NCBI GenBank assembly: GCA_002709075.1 | Contig: PAPV01000013.1 | Span: 169,693-233,692 of the forward strand | Source of the DNA: Rhodospirillaceae bacterium | GTDB lineage: Bacteria > Pseudomonadota > Alphaproteobacteria > MPNO01 > UBA2964 | Direction of reading: 5' to 3' | DNA: 64,000 nucleotides | Part shown: positions 1-8,674 of the stretch, in pieces | Numbering within the stretch: position 1 is the stretch's first letter | Layout: the number at the start of each line of letters is the position of its first letter | The notes under the pieces: model-generated | Seen by the model: only the letters and a program-made list of their open reading frames with translations | Database searches by the model: none | What the model was told of the DNA's origin: nothing | Position numbers and translations under genes: made by a program

Positions 1-238
1 GGTGTCGCCAAGACGCGATATGATGGCCAGTGGGTCGAATGAAAAGACCAAGTTTCATTTCTGCCATGGTAGAACCCCCAATCTAAAATACATTAAAACA
101 ATATGGTGAATTTAAAAAGCTAGCAAGGTTTTGCGTTGAATAAGCAACGTAATCCACTGCCAAACGCACATATTTTTTCTGCAGTTAGGGTAATTATTAT
201 TCTGGATTAGATCCTATTGTTATTAGCCAAAGAAGGTT

Positions 239-1261
239 TTATTTTTGACTATAGCGCACAAGACCATCGCTACAATGTTCTTTATACAGCTTTCCCTCTG
301 CGAGTAGTCTATTAGCATGAGCTAATGCTTCACCAACAGCAAATCCGATTTGGTCTTCACTTAATTCTCGTGAAAATATCACAGGTAACATTTCAGTTGC
401 TGTCGATGGCGTGGTGCAGAATTCAAATGCTGCGTTTAATCTTTTGTTATGATGTTTTATTAGCGAGTCAATACGGTCGTGAAGTCCGTAAAAGGGACGT
501 TCGTGTGATGGCAAAATTAATGCATCATCAGCTAATTGTTTAAATTTAGATAGACTTAGCAAATAAAGCCCTAATGGATCTCCATCCGGCTCATGGCACT
601 GTAGCGAGATATTTGTAGTAATTCGAGGCAGAATTTGATCCCCTGAAATTAGCAGATTGCGATCAGAGCACCAAAGACTACAATGTTCTGGAGAATGACC
701 TGCCCCAGTAATCACTCGCCAATTATCGCCATTAATATTTATATCCTCTCCTTCAATTATTCTTGTAAAAATAGGAGGAAGAGGAAAATTAATATTAAGA
801 AAATCCGGTCTGGTATTGTTGTAGCCTGTTAGACTAGTCTCGCTCATGCCATTTGCTTTAAGAAATTTCATTCTGGCATCGAGGTCGGATGTTGGTCCAT
901 TTTTTTGATTAAGTTGAGCATGAGCCCATTCTGAATATGTCATCCATATTTGTGCTTTCCATTCATCCGCAAACCAACCAGCGAGTGACAAATGATCTGG
1001 ATGGAAGTGCGTGACAATTACACGTACTATCGGCTTTTTTCCTAGCAAGTCTGAAAAGAAAGCAGCCCAGTGATCGATAGTAGTTTTTGTATTGTACCCG
1101 GTGTCAACCAATGTCCAGCCACCTGCATCTTCCAATAACCACAAGTTGACGTGATCAAGTGAGAACGGAAGTGGCATTCGCAGCCAGAATATGCCAGGAG
1201 CGACCTCCATTGACTCTCCGTATGCTATTTTTGAAAAAGGATAATCAGGATGAGTAGCCAT
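239..1261 (-). CDS. MBL-fold metallo-hydrolase
   Basis: 340-aa ORF with HFHPDH (HxHxDH) metallo-beta-lactamase motif and downstream His/Asp ligands. Confidence 0.8.
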   Translation of the reverse strand: MATHPDYPFSKIAYGESMEVAPGIFWLRMPLPFSLDHVNLWLLEDAGGWTLVDTGYNTKTTIDHWAAFFSDLLGKKPIVRVIVTHFHPDHLSLAGWFADEWKAQIWMTYSEWAHAQLNQKNGPTSDLDARMKFLKANGMSETSLTGYNNTRPDFLNINFPLPPIFTRIIEGEDININGDNWRVITGAGHSPEHCSLWCSDRNLLISGDQILPRITTNISLQCHEPDGDPLGLYLLSLSKFKQLADDALILPSHERPFYGLHDRIDSLIKHHNKRLNAAFEFCTTPSTATEMLPVIFSRELSEDQIGFAVGEALAHANRLLAEGKLYKEHCSDGLVRYSQK

Positions 1262-1318
1262 TCTTTAGTCTCTAATTAAATTCTTTAACTGCAGTATGGC
1301 AGCACAACTTATTAATCT

Positions 1319-2002
1319 CTAATCGCTTTTTTCGTAGCCTTTATTTTCGGCAACCACTTGTTCGTCAGAAGAAGATGAGGGTATGATTTTTATATCAGTA
1401 TTGGGGTTATTTAGTTGGGTTGTACCTGTAATATTATTTCGTGTCTTCTCTTTTTCTTTCTGGCGTTTCGCTGTTCGCTCTGCAGCGCGTCGCGCTTTCT
1501 CTATCTCGGTTGACAAGTCTTCTCGAGAGCAGATCCCCAGTGCTACAGGATCTTGTGCTTTTATATTGGCTATATTCCAATGTGTTCGATCACGTACAGC
1601 ATTGATGGTAGTTTTGGTGGTTCCTATCAGTCTACCAATCTGTCCATCCGTCAGTTCAGGAAAATTCCGCACCAGCCAGGCTATACCGCTTGGTCTGTCA
1701 TGTCGCTTTGCAACTGGAGTGTATCGCGGACCTTTTGTACGAGAGCGAGGTCGGGGAACTTTAGCCTCTGCTAACCTAAGTCCCAATTTTGGGTCTGCCG
1801 TGCAGCGCTTAATTTCTTCATGTGTAAGTTGACCGGCAACTATAGGATCCAACCCTGTCATGCCGATAGCGACCTCACCATCAGCGATTCCCTGTACTTC
1901 CAAAAGATGAAGATTACAAAAATCGGCTACCTGATCGAAAGTAAGCGCGGTGTTTTCAATCAGCCAAACTGCTGTAGCTTTTGGCATGAGAACTTGAGAC
2001 AT
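1319..2002 (-). CDS. DUF1013 domain-containing protein (conserved alphaproteobacterial)
   Basis: N-terminus MPKATAVWLIENTALTFDQVADFCNLH.LEV..IADGE and central KGPRYTPV..R.DRP.AI.WLV motif typical of DUF1013 proteins; basic C-terminal tail. Confidence 0.65.
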   Translation of the reverse strand: MSQVLMPKATAVWLIENTALTFDQVADFCNLHLLEVQGIADGEVAIGMTGLDPIVAGQLTHEEIKRCTADPKLGLRLAEAKVPRPRSRTKGPRYTPVAKRHDRPSGIAWLVRNFPELTDGQIGRLIGTTKTTINAVRDRTHWNIANIKAQDPVALGICSREDLSTEIEKARRAAERTAKRQKEKEKTRNNITGTTQLNNPNTDIKIIPSSSSDEQVVAENKGYEKSD

Positions 2003-2107
2003 TTTTACTCCTTTTAAATCAAATTGTGCTTCAAAAAACCCGGCGAAAAATAATCGAAAGAAGTGCCGGAAATTAGATGCAAATACACCCTAAGCATTAA
2101 CAATAAG

Positions 2108-3142
2108 TTACATAGTTAATACGATTTTACCTATATGTGAACCGCTGTCCATCAATCTGTGTGCATCGGAAGCGTGCAATAAATCAAAGGTCTTGAATAT
2201 TTGCGGTCTTATTTTACCATTTTCAAAATGCGGCCACACTTCTCTATGTACTTCATCAGCAATAATGGCTTTTAATTTGGTTTCTCTCGCACGGAGAGTT
2301 GATCCTGTGAAAATCAATTGTTTCATCATGATCAAATGGACTGGAATTTCCGCCTTGCTGCCTTTTTGAGTGGCGATTTGAACTAGCCTACCGCGGTATG
2401 CGAGTGCATTAAGATTCTTTCCAACGTAGTCACCTCCTACCATATCCAAGATAATGTCTACTCCGTTACCACAAGTCTCTGCCTTTATAAAATCGACGAA
2501 ATCTTGTTTGTGATAATTAATAACGTGATGTGCCCCTAGATCTCTGCAGGCAGAACATTTGGCGTCAGTGCCGGCAGTGGCAAATATCTTTGCTCCGTAT
2601 TCGTTTGCAAGTTGGATCGCAGCAGTGCCAATACCGCCAGAACCTCCATGAATTAATATGCTTTCCTCGCTTCGCAGCTTTGCTCTCGTTATAATATTAT
2701 CCCAAACAGTAAAAAAAGTCTCAGGTATCGCCGCTGCTTCAACCATTGAAAACCCCTCAGGTATCGGTAAGCATAAGTCTTTATGGACAGCACAATATTC
2801 AGCGTAGCCACCGCCAGCGACTAGGGCGCAAATTTTAGCTCCAACTTTTGGCGTTTTAATATTTTCAGAATTTGCAATCACGGTTCCCGCAATTTCAAGT
2901 CCTGGTATTTTGGTAACACCCTTTGGTGGAGGGTATTTACCCATCCTTTGCATTACATCAGGTCTGTTTACTCCGGCGGCAGATACTTTTATAAGAACTT
3001 CATCATGTTGGAGATTTGGTAATGATTTTATTTCTGGTTTTAAGACTTCTGGTCCTCCGGGTTTAACAATCCTGATTGCAGTCATGAATTTCGGTAGTGC
3101 TTCGATGTCTTTATTTTCTCTCGGCATTTCGATGGCTTTCAA
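2108..3142 (-). CDS. qor: NAD(P)H:quinone oxidoreductase, zinc-type MDR family
   Basis: 344 aa; PGGPEVL N-terminal motif, GGSGGIGTAAIQLA Rossmann motif of quinone oxidoreductase/zeta-crystallin family. Confidence 0.8.
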   Translation of the reverse strand: MKAIEMPRENKDIEALPKFMTAIRIVKPGGPEVLKPEIKSLPNLQHDEVLIKVSAAGVNRPDVMQRMGKYPPPKGVTKIPGLEIAGTVIANSENIKTPKVGAKICALVAGGGYAEYCAVHKDLCLPIPEGFSMVEAAAIPETFFTVWDNIITRAKLRSEESILIHGGSGGIGTAAIQLANEYGAKIFATAGTDAKCSACRDLGAHHVINYHKQDFVDFIKAETCGNGVDIILDMVGGDYVGKNLNALAYRGRLVQIATQKGSKAEIPVHLIMMKQLIFTGSTLRARETKLKAIIADEVHREVWPHFENGKIRPQIFKTFDLLHASDAHRLMDSGSHIGKIVLTM

Positions 3143-3180
3143 GTTATAAAAGGTATCTTAAGTTTCACTGATATTTAGAA

Positions 3181-3381
3181 ATGGAGTGCTTTATGATAAT
3201 TGAGGAAGATAACGAGCCGAAGCCAAGCAATGTTTTCACCCCGCTTGTGCTGGACACGATGTCAATTGATCAACTTAAAAACTATATTCGAGTTCTAAAA
3301 GAAGAAATGCGTCGAGTGCAATGCGAAATATCAAAAAAATCTACTTTAATGCAGGAGGCTGAGTCTCTGTTTAAAAGTTAA
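3181..3381 (+). CDS. DUF1192 domain-containing protein
   Basis: 66-aa ORF, acidic N-terminus followed by a short coiled-coil (DQLKNYIRVLKEEMRRVQCEI) as in alphaproteobacterial DUF1192. An alternative ATG at 3193 has a better GGAG spacing. Confidence 0.5.
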   Translation: MECFMIIEEDNEPKPSNVFTPLVLDTMSIDQLKNYIRVLKEEMRRVQCEISKKSTLMQEAESLFKS

Positions 3382-3425
3382 ATTTGATATCTCCATTGAT
3401 ATCTCCATAGGAACGGAATCATCGT

Positions 3426-3650
3426 CTACTCTAATCCAAATCCCTCAAATTTTTTATTAAATTTTGCCACCTGAGTGTCTTGTGTATTTATACGAGTTGC
3501 TCCACCAGTCCAAGCAGGGGGAGTATTTGGATCAATATCCAGTTTCATCGTATCACCCGTTTTTCCCCAGGTCGATCGTGTTTGGATTTTTGTTCCCTCC
3601 GTCATTACGACAGTTATTTCATGATAGTCAGGATGTATATCTTTTTTCAT
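3426..3650 (-). CDS. rpmE: 50S ribosomal protein L31 (Cys-less alphaproteobacterial form)
   Basis: [10 protein letters not shown]...RSTWGK...PAWTGG...KFNKKF signature; GGAGGAAAAG Shine-Dalgarno immediately upstream of ATG at 3650 (ORF track extends to 3668). Confidence 0.9.
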   Translation of the reverse strand: MKKDIHPDYHEITVVMTEGTKIQTRSTWGKTGDTMKLDIDPNTPPAWTGGATRINTQDTQVAKFNKKFEGFGLE

Positions 3651-4055
3651 CTTTTCCTCCAAAAACAAATGAGCTTATACAGCGAATACTTTAGATTATG
3701 CAAGAGCTTGATGCGGATTTAAAAATCAGAAATTAAGAACTTTCATTAGAACATTCATATACTTAAACTTCCATAGGTTCCCTAGTTACCAAAAAAAAAT
3801 CATAATATTTAGTTATTGGTTTCAAATTTCGATGCTAAGATCCTTGTTTGATAAAATTGTAATTCCATTAATCACATCCTAATCCAAGAAAATCTGACGA
3901 TTACAAAAGTGCACTCCCAGTTATTTAACCCTCATTAATGGTATTTTTTATAATAGAAACAGAGGATTTGAAAACTTTTCTAGATTTTCTTCTACCTGTT
4001 GAGTAATTGCGATTACATATTTTTGAGTTTGTATTTTACAAACATTCCTAGCGTG

Positions 4056-5393
4056 CTAACGACTAGTTAGCTTTAATTCAATTCGCCGATTTCGTTTGCG
4101 CGAATCCATGGTTGTTGTTTTATCGATTGGGTGAAACTCCCCGTACCCAGCTGCAACTAGTCGTTTCGCAGGTAGTCCGTTTGCAATAAGCAATTTAACA
4201 ACTGATATCGCTCTAGCAGTTGACAATTCCCAATTAGACGGAAATTTCTCAGTATTAATTGGAAGACGATCTGTATGTCCGTCAACTTGAAGTACCCAAT
4301 CAATGTTTGAGGGAATTTGTTCAGAAATTTTTAATAGGGTTTGAGCGAGTTTTACGATTTTTAAACGCCCAGAGTCCCTGATTTCTGATGATGCAGAGGC
4401 AAATAGCACTTCAGATTGGAAAATAAACCGGTCACCTGAAATTCGAATATCTTGCCGCGTTCCAATAATATCTCTTAATTTTCCAAAAAATTCAGATCTA
4501 TATCGGGAGAGTTCCTGCACTTTACTTGCGAGTGCTGCATTTAGCTTTTTTCCTAAATTGGTAATTTGTATTTTCTGTTTTATTGAGTTTGCTTCAGAGG
4601 ATTGCAGAAGTTTAGAAATTATTTCCAGTCTTTGTTTTAAAGCTGATATTTGACGGTTTAGCAAATTGATTTGAGTTTTTGACTGGTCTGATAATTCTTT
4701 TTCTTTTCGAAGGTATTTTTCTATTACAGAATTTTCTTTGGTAATTCTCTCCAAAAGTACTTGTGTTTCCTTTGCTTTCTTTTTAGCACTTGATGTGAGT
4801 TCAACCTGCTTGGAAAGTCGAACGCGCAAAGACCTACTTTTGTTTTTTAGGTCATCAATCAATGTGCTCTGGCTTAACGCCTCCTTTTTTAAAACACGCT
4901 GAGTTTGTTTTAACGAAGCGACATCTCCGCCCAGAATTTCTAATTTTTTTATTTGTGTTTTAATTTTAGCTTGATCTGCTTCAATGTCCTTAAATGCATT
5001 GGCGAGGTCAATTGAAGCATCAGCTACCTCTTTTTGGGATTGAAGAAGCGTTTCACGTAGTTCTTTATTTTGGTTTAATGCCGTGGACAAACTACTGCCC
5101 AACTCATCTCTGGCATTTTTAGATTTTTCGAGATCAGAAATTAGACCCGCTATTTGTTTATTCAACATATCGTTGTTGTTTTTTTCTATCGCAAATAATT
5201 TAGAAATTTCTGCTAGCTTCTGGTTTAATTGGCTTAATGCCTTGTCTCGTCCGAGTAGCATGTCCGAAAGGAAATTTTGGCCTATTGTGAAAACCATTAG
5301 TAAAAATATAGTTATTATTAGCAGAGCTGAAATTGCATCAACAAACCCAGGCCATATATTCGGTATTGATCGGCGTCTGTTACGAGTCTGCAT
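4056..5393 (-). CDS. MotB/OmpA-family protein with a long coiled-coil linker (stator-like peptidoglycan-binding subunit)
   Basis: N-terminal basic stretch plus single TM (NIWPGFVDAISALLIITIFLLMVF, conserved Asp as in the MotB plug/TM). About 270 aa of heptad-rich Q/K/E/L sequence. C-terminal OmpA/MotB domain (DGHTDRLP...NWELSTARA...NRRIELKL). Confidence 0.75.
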   Translation of the reverse strand: MQTRNRRRSIPNIWPGFVDAISALLIITIFLLMVFTIGQNFLSDMLLGRDKALSQLNQKLAEISKLFAIEKNNNDMLNKQIAGLISDLEKSKNARDELGSSLSTALNQNKELRETLLQSQKEVADASIDLANAFKDIEADQAKIKTQIKKLEILGGDVASLKQTQRVLKKEALSQSTLIDDLKNKSRSLRVRLSKQVELTSSAKKKAKETQVLLERITKENSVIEKYLRKEKELSDQSKTQINLLNRQISALKQRLEIISKLLQSSEANSIKQKIQITNLGKKLNAALASKVQELSRYRSEFFGKLRDIIGTRQDIRISGDRFIFQSEVLFASASSEIRDSGRLKIVKLAQTLLKISEQIPSNIDWVLQVDGHTDRLPINTEKFPSNWELSTARAISVVKLLIANGLPAKRLVAAGYGEFHPIDKTTTMDSRKRNRRIELKLTSR

Positions 5394-5411
5394 TAAATTA
5401 CAGCCTTACAT

Positions 5412-6566
5412 TTATTGACTGCCGCTTCTCTCCGCAGCGGCTGCAATGGTGCGTGAAAGGACGCGAATTTCATCGCGTAATTCTGAAATTGTTTCAGACC
5501 TGCCCTGGGCCAATTCCTTCGACAAGCGGCTTAAGTGCATATCTATATTCTTAACACCAGTCAGCATGTCATTAAATTTTCTGGTTTGCGAAACAGTATT
5601 TTCATTAATTTTTTGTATTAACGGTTTTAATTCGATATGTGTATTAGAAATATTTGTAAGCTCGCTTCTTTCAGCCCTAATTTCTTCCGTAAATACCCCG
5701 ATCACTTCGGTAAGTTTTATTAGATTTTGATCGGCAGAAATTCTAGTACTTTCAGTGTGCCCCAGCGTCCGTTGGAGTTTCTCCAAACTATCTGCTGTTT
5801 GCCCCAGTAGCGCCTCAACATAGGCAGGAATGCTGGCATCTTCATTACGCACATTAATAGAGCCAACAGATCGACGCGTTTGACATGCTAACCAATTTTC
5901 AATGTTATTGTAAAAATTATTTTGTGCTTGCCCAAATTGTAGTTCTAAAAAACCTAATATTAATGAACCAGCCAGACCAAAAAGCGAGGAACTAAAAGCA
6001 ATACTCATCCCTGCCAATGGAGCCTGTAATCCTTTTTTAAGGTCGCTAAAAACATTATTAAAATTACCGTCACCTACACTGAGACCAGCAATTACGCTGC
6101 CAACGGAGTCAATTGTTTCTAACAACCCCCAAAAAGTACCTAAAAGCCCTAAAAAGATCAGCAAACCTATCAGATAACGCGATAGATCCCTGGATTCCTC
6201 CAAACGGGCATTTAATCCGTCGAGTAATGATCTTTGAGTTGATGCCGATAATGAGGTTTCTGCCCCTTTCTCGCCTAGCACAGACGCGATAGGTGCAAGT
6301 AGATGAGGGGTGTTTTGTTTGTGTATCGAAGAATTTCCTTCGGATCTATATTTCTGTAACCAATTAGTTTCTTGCATTAATCGATAGGTTTGACGAAAAA
6401 TATGTATGGCACCAAGAACCAATATTCCGAGAATAAGGCCATTTAGCGAGGGACTTGCTTGGAAAAAATTCCAAATTGTTGACGATAGGAAGCCAACCGC
6501 CATAAAAATTATCAAAAGAAAAAGGATCATTCGAATAAGATAATGCAGCGGATTTTTCATTCCCAT
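5412..6566 (-). CDS. MotA/TolQ/ExbB proton-channel family protein with a C-terminal coiled-coil tail
   Basis: Four predicted TM helices (two N-terminal, two central). Family motif LGLLGTFWGLLETI in TM3. About 180-aa charged coiled-coil C-terminus. TAATG-proximal junction with the downstream MotB-like gene. Confidence 0.7.
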   Translation of the reverse strand: MGMKNPLHYLIRMILFLLIIFMAVGFLSSTIWNFFQASPSLNGLILGILVLGAIHIFRQTYRLMQETNWLQKYRSEGNSSIHKQNTPHLLAPIASVLGEKGAETSLSASTQRSLLDGLNARLEESRDLSRYLIGLLIFLGLLGTFWGLLETIDSVGSVIAGLSVGDGNFNNVFSDLKKGLQAPLAGMSIAFSSSLFGLAGSLILGFLELQFGQAQNNFYNNIENWLACQTRRSVGSINVRNEDASIPAYVEALLGQTADSLEKLQRTLGHTESTRISADQNLIKLTEVIGVFTEEIRAERSELTNISNTHIELKPLIQKINENTVSQTRKFNDMLTGVKNIDMHLSRLSKELAQGRSETISELRDEIRVLSRTIAAAAERSGSQ

Positions 6567-6623
6567 TTCACTCGACAGTCATCTATATTATGTTTCGTGT
6601 TCTTCGCTTATTGAACTCAACCA

Positions 6624-7712
6624 TCAGCGTTTCTTTAATAAAAGATCAACACGATTGGCTTTACCCCCATTCACCCGGGAGCCAAGAGCCCGCACATCAA
6701 TGCGAGTACTTCTAATGCCGGCACCAATCAGGCGAGAACGGACAGCAAGTGCGCGAGATAGGGATAGCCGCCTCGCTTGACTTTCGGACTTTCCATCGAT
6801 GCTTGCGTAGGCCATAAGCTGAATTCTAAGTGTGGGATCGGAATTTAGTTTTTTAGAAACTTCTTTTAAGGACAACTCGCTATCTGTTTCAATTTTAGCG
6901 GATCCGACAGCAAATTTAATTTGCCTAATGCTCTCAGTCTTCGAAATACCTGGTTCCAATGCTGCTACAGCAGCAGAGGTTTTTTTGTTAGGAATTTTCG
7001 ACACCGGCATGCTGGAAAACTTTGAAAGATTTTTTTTCTGTTTGTCTACAATTGGGGCATTTGGAACCCGAGGGGCAGCGGGCCCTGTAGTGGTCGCTGT
7101 ATTTTTTATCTCTTGCTTGCGGCGTACTTTTTTGACTCGGGATGTGTCAGTCGACAAGATTTTGTTTAATTTGGAAACGGATATCGATGCTTTTGTCTTT
7201 TGTTGGGGAAGCTTGGAACGAGAAGGCGTCTTTTTCGTAGCAGAAAATTTTGAAGACTGGGAAACTTTTTTTCTAGATATGCGTTTTTTCTTACTCGTTG
7301 GCGGACTTAACAAAGACAAGTCCTGCTTTTTTTTTGTTGAGGTAAATCCGATCTGACCAGCAGGCGGAACAAAGCGCCCGTTGCGTATTATAGGAAATCT
7401 TGGAGCTCTCGGTATTTTTTTAAAGGAGGGTTGATAAGTATTGGATATAGATAATTGTGTAGTCCCGCTCTGAACAGAGTTCCTCAGAGTTTTGTTTGCA
7501 CAAACATTACTAATATGCCTAGAAGCTGCTTTTCCTAACAAGGTTGAGGGAACATTGGGCGCAGTCCCAAGGTTTTCTAAAACACAATAATCAACCGATA
7601 CACTCTGTGCTATAACATTGGTTTTTGGAAACATAAAACCAACAGTTAGTATAAAAAAATACAACATTATTATAACTCTAGTAGAATTTCCTTTATTTTT
7701 GATTGCCCGCAT
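6624..7712 (-). CDS. Secreted lysine-rich protein with degenerate OmpA-like C-terminal domain
   Basis: Signal peptide (K-rich n-region, hydrophobic core, VIAQS). Long K/S/T/P-rich low-complexity linker. C-terminal LS.SRALAVRSRLIGAGI...NRVDLLL resembles an OmpA-like fold but lacks the GHTD motif. Start at ATG 7712 with GAGGGG RBS (ORF track extends to 7808). Confidence 0.55.
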   Translation of the reverse strand: MRAIKNKGNSTRVIIMLYFFILTVGFMFPKTNVIAQSVSVDYCVLENLGTAPNVPSTLLGKAASRHISNVCANKTLRNSVQSGTTQLSISNTYQPSFKKIPRAPRFPIIRNGRFVPPAGQIGFTSTKKKQDLSLLSPPTSKKKRISRKKVSQSSKFSATKKTPSRSKLPQQKTKASISVSKLNKILSTDTSRVKKVRRKQEIKNTATTTGPAAPRVPNAPIVDKQKKNLSKFSSMPVSKIPNKKTSAAVAALEPGISKTESIRQIKFAVGSAKIETDSELSLKEVSKKLNSDPTLRIQLMAYASIDGKSESQARRLSLSRALAVRSRLIGAGIRSTRIDVRALGSRVNGGKANRVDLLLKKR

Positions 7713-7823
7713 ATGTAAAATCCCCTCAATTAGTTTGGGGTGAATACAATTTGATCCAACCCCTTGGCAGGTATTTTCCCAACAATAGCGCAGCAGCCGT
7801 CTTCTCACAACAAAATTGAGTGT

Positions 7824-8633
7824 TCACATAGACTTTAGCTTGTTTCTTAGTCCTTTCCTCAAAAGATTACCTATTGAATTATATAATGCGCTGTTTGTGG
7901 CTAAAATTGATTTCCCGTTTGCAGCATCACCTCTACCATCAAGGTCACTCACCATCCCGCCGGCTTCACGGACAATTAATATCCCAGCTGCTACATCCCA
8001 AGGCGATAAACCAAATTCCCAAAATCCATCATATCGTCCGGCTGCAACGTAGGCCAGATCGAGTGCAGCGGAGCCAAATCTTCTTACGCCAGCTGTGTAT
8101 TCCATAACCAAAGGAAGCATCGCCATCATTTCTTCTTTTCCACCACGTCCTAGAAAAGGAATGCCGGTGGCCAAAACTGCATCAGAGAGAGAGCCACGCG
8201 CTGAAACCCTTATCCGCTGATTTTTTATGTATGCACCATGACCCTTAGCGGCCCAAAAAAATTCATCGCGCACTGGATCAAAAATTATTCCTTCGATCAC
8301 TTCTCCTTTGTGTGCATGAGCTATAGAAATACAAAAATGTGGAATAGCATGTAAAAAATTTGTTGTACCGTCCAGTGGATCAACAATCCATTGATCAATA
8401 GCTTTTGTGTCTCCAATTAATCCCGATTCTTCTAACAGCAAAGAAAAGTTGGGGTGAGCGGCTTCGAGTTCGCGTTTTAAAATATTCTCCGCCCGACGAT
8501 CTGCTTCTGAAACAAAATCAGCCGGGCCTTTTCTCGATACTTGCAAATGCTCTACTTCATTAAAGTCATGGATAAGACTACGAGCGGCTTTTCGTGCCGC
8601 TCCATCCATAATATTTATAATGGCCGGACGCAT
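7824..8633 (-). CDS. suhB: Inositol monophosphatase family protein
   Basis: WIVDPLDGTTNFLHAIPHF and GSAALDLAYVAAGRYDGFWE motifs of IMPase/SuhB. Confidence 0.85.
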   Translation of the reverse strand: MRPAIINIMDGAARKAARSLIHDFNEVEHLQVSRKGPADFVSEADRRAENILKRELEAAHPNFSLLLEESGLIGDTKAIDQWIVDPLDGTTNFLHAIPHFCISIAHAHKGEVIEGIIFDPVRDEFFWAAKGHGAYIKNQRIRVSARGSLSDAVLATGIPFLGRGGKEEMMAMLPLVMEYTAGVRRFGSAALDLAYVAAGRYDGFWEFGLSPWDVAAGILIVREAGGMVSDLDGRGDAANGKSILATNSALYNSIGNLLRKGLRNKLKSM

Positions 8634-8674
8634 CTGAAAAATCCCAATTTTATGTTGCCATTTTTTAAAATGTT

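Noticed and set aside
1383-1832. 149-aa and 73-aa plus-strand ORFs inside the DUF1013 gene
   Set aside because: Antisense to a well-supported conserved CDS, Ser/Arg/Cys-rich composition typical of reverse-frame artefacts
4056-6566. Calling the MotA/MotB-like pair a Zorya (ZorAB) anti-phage system
   Set aside because: The coiled-coil tail topology is reminiscent of ZorA. However, the tail is much shorter than described ZorA tails and no ZorC/ZorD/ZorE-type effector genes are adjacent. The locus is embedded among core genes in a reduced genome. Left as an open comparison, not a call.
6832-7356. 174-aa plus-strand ORF
   Set aside because: Lies antisense within the lysine-rich linker of the OmpA-like gene. 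Its F/L-rich translation is the complement of AAR lysine codons.
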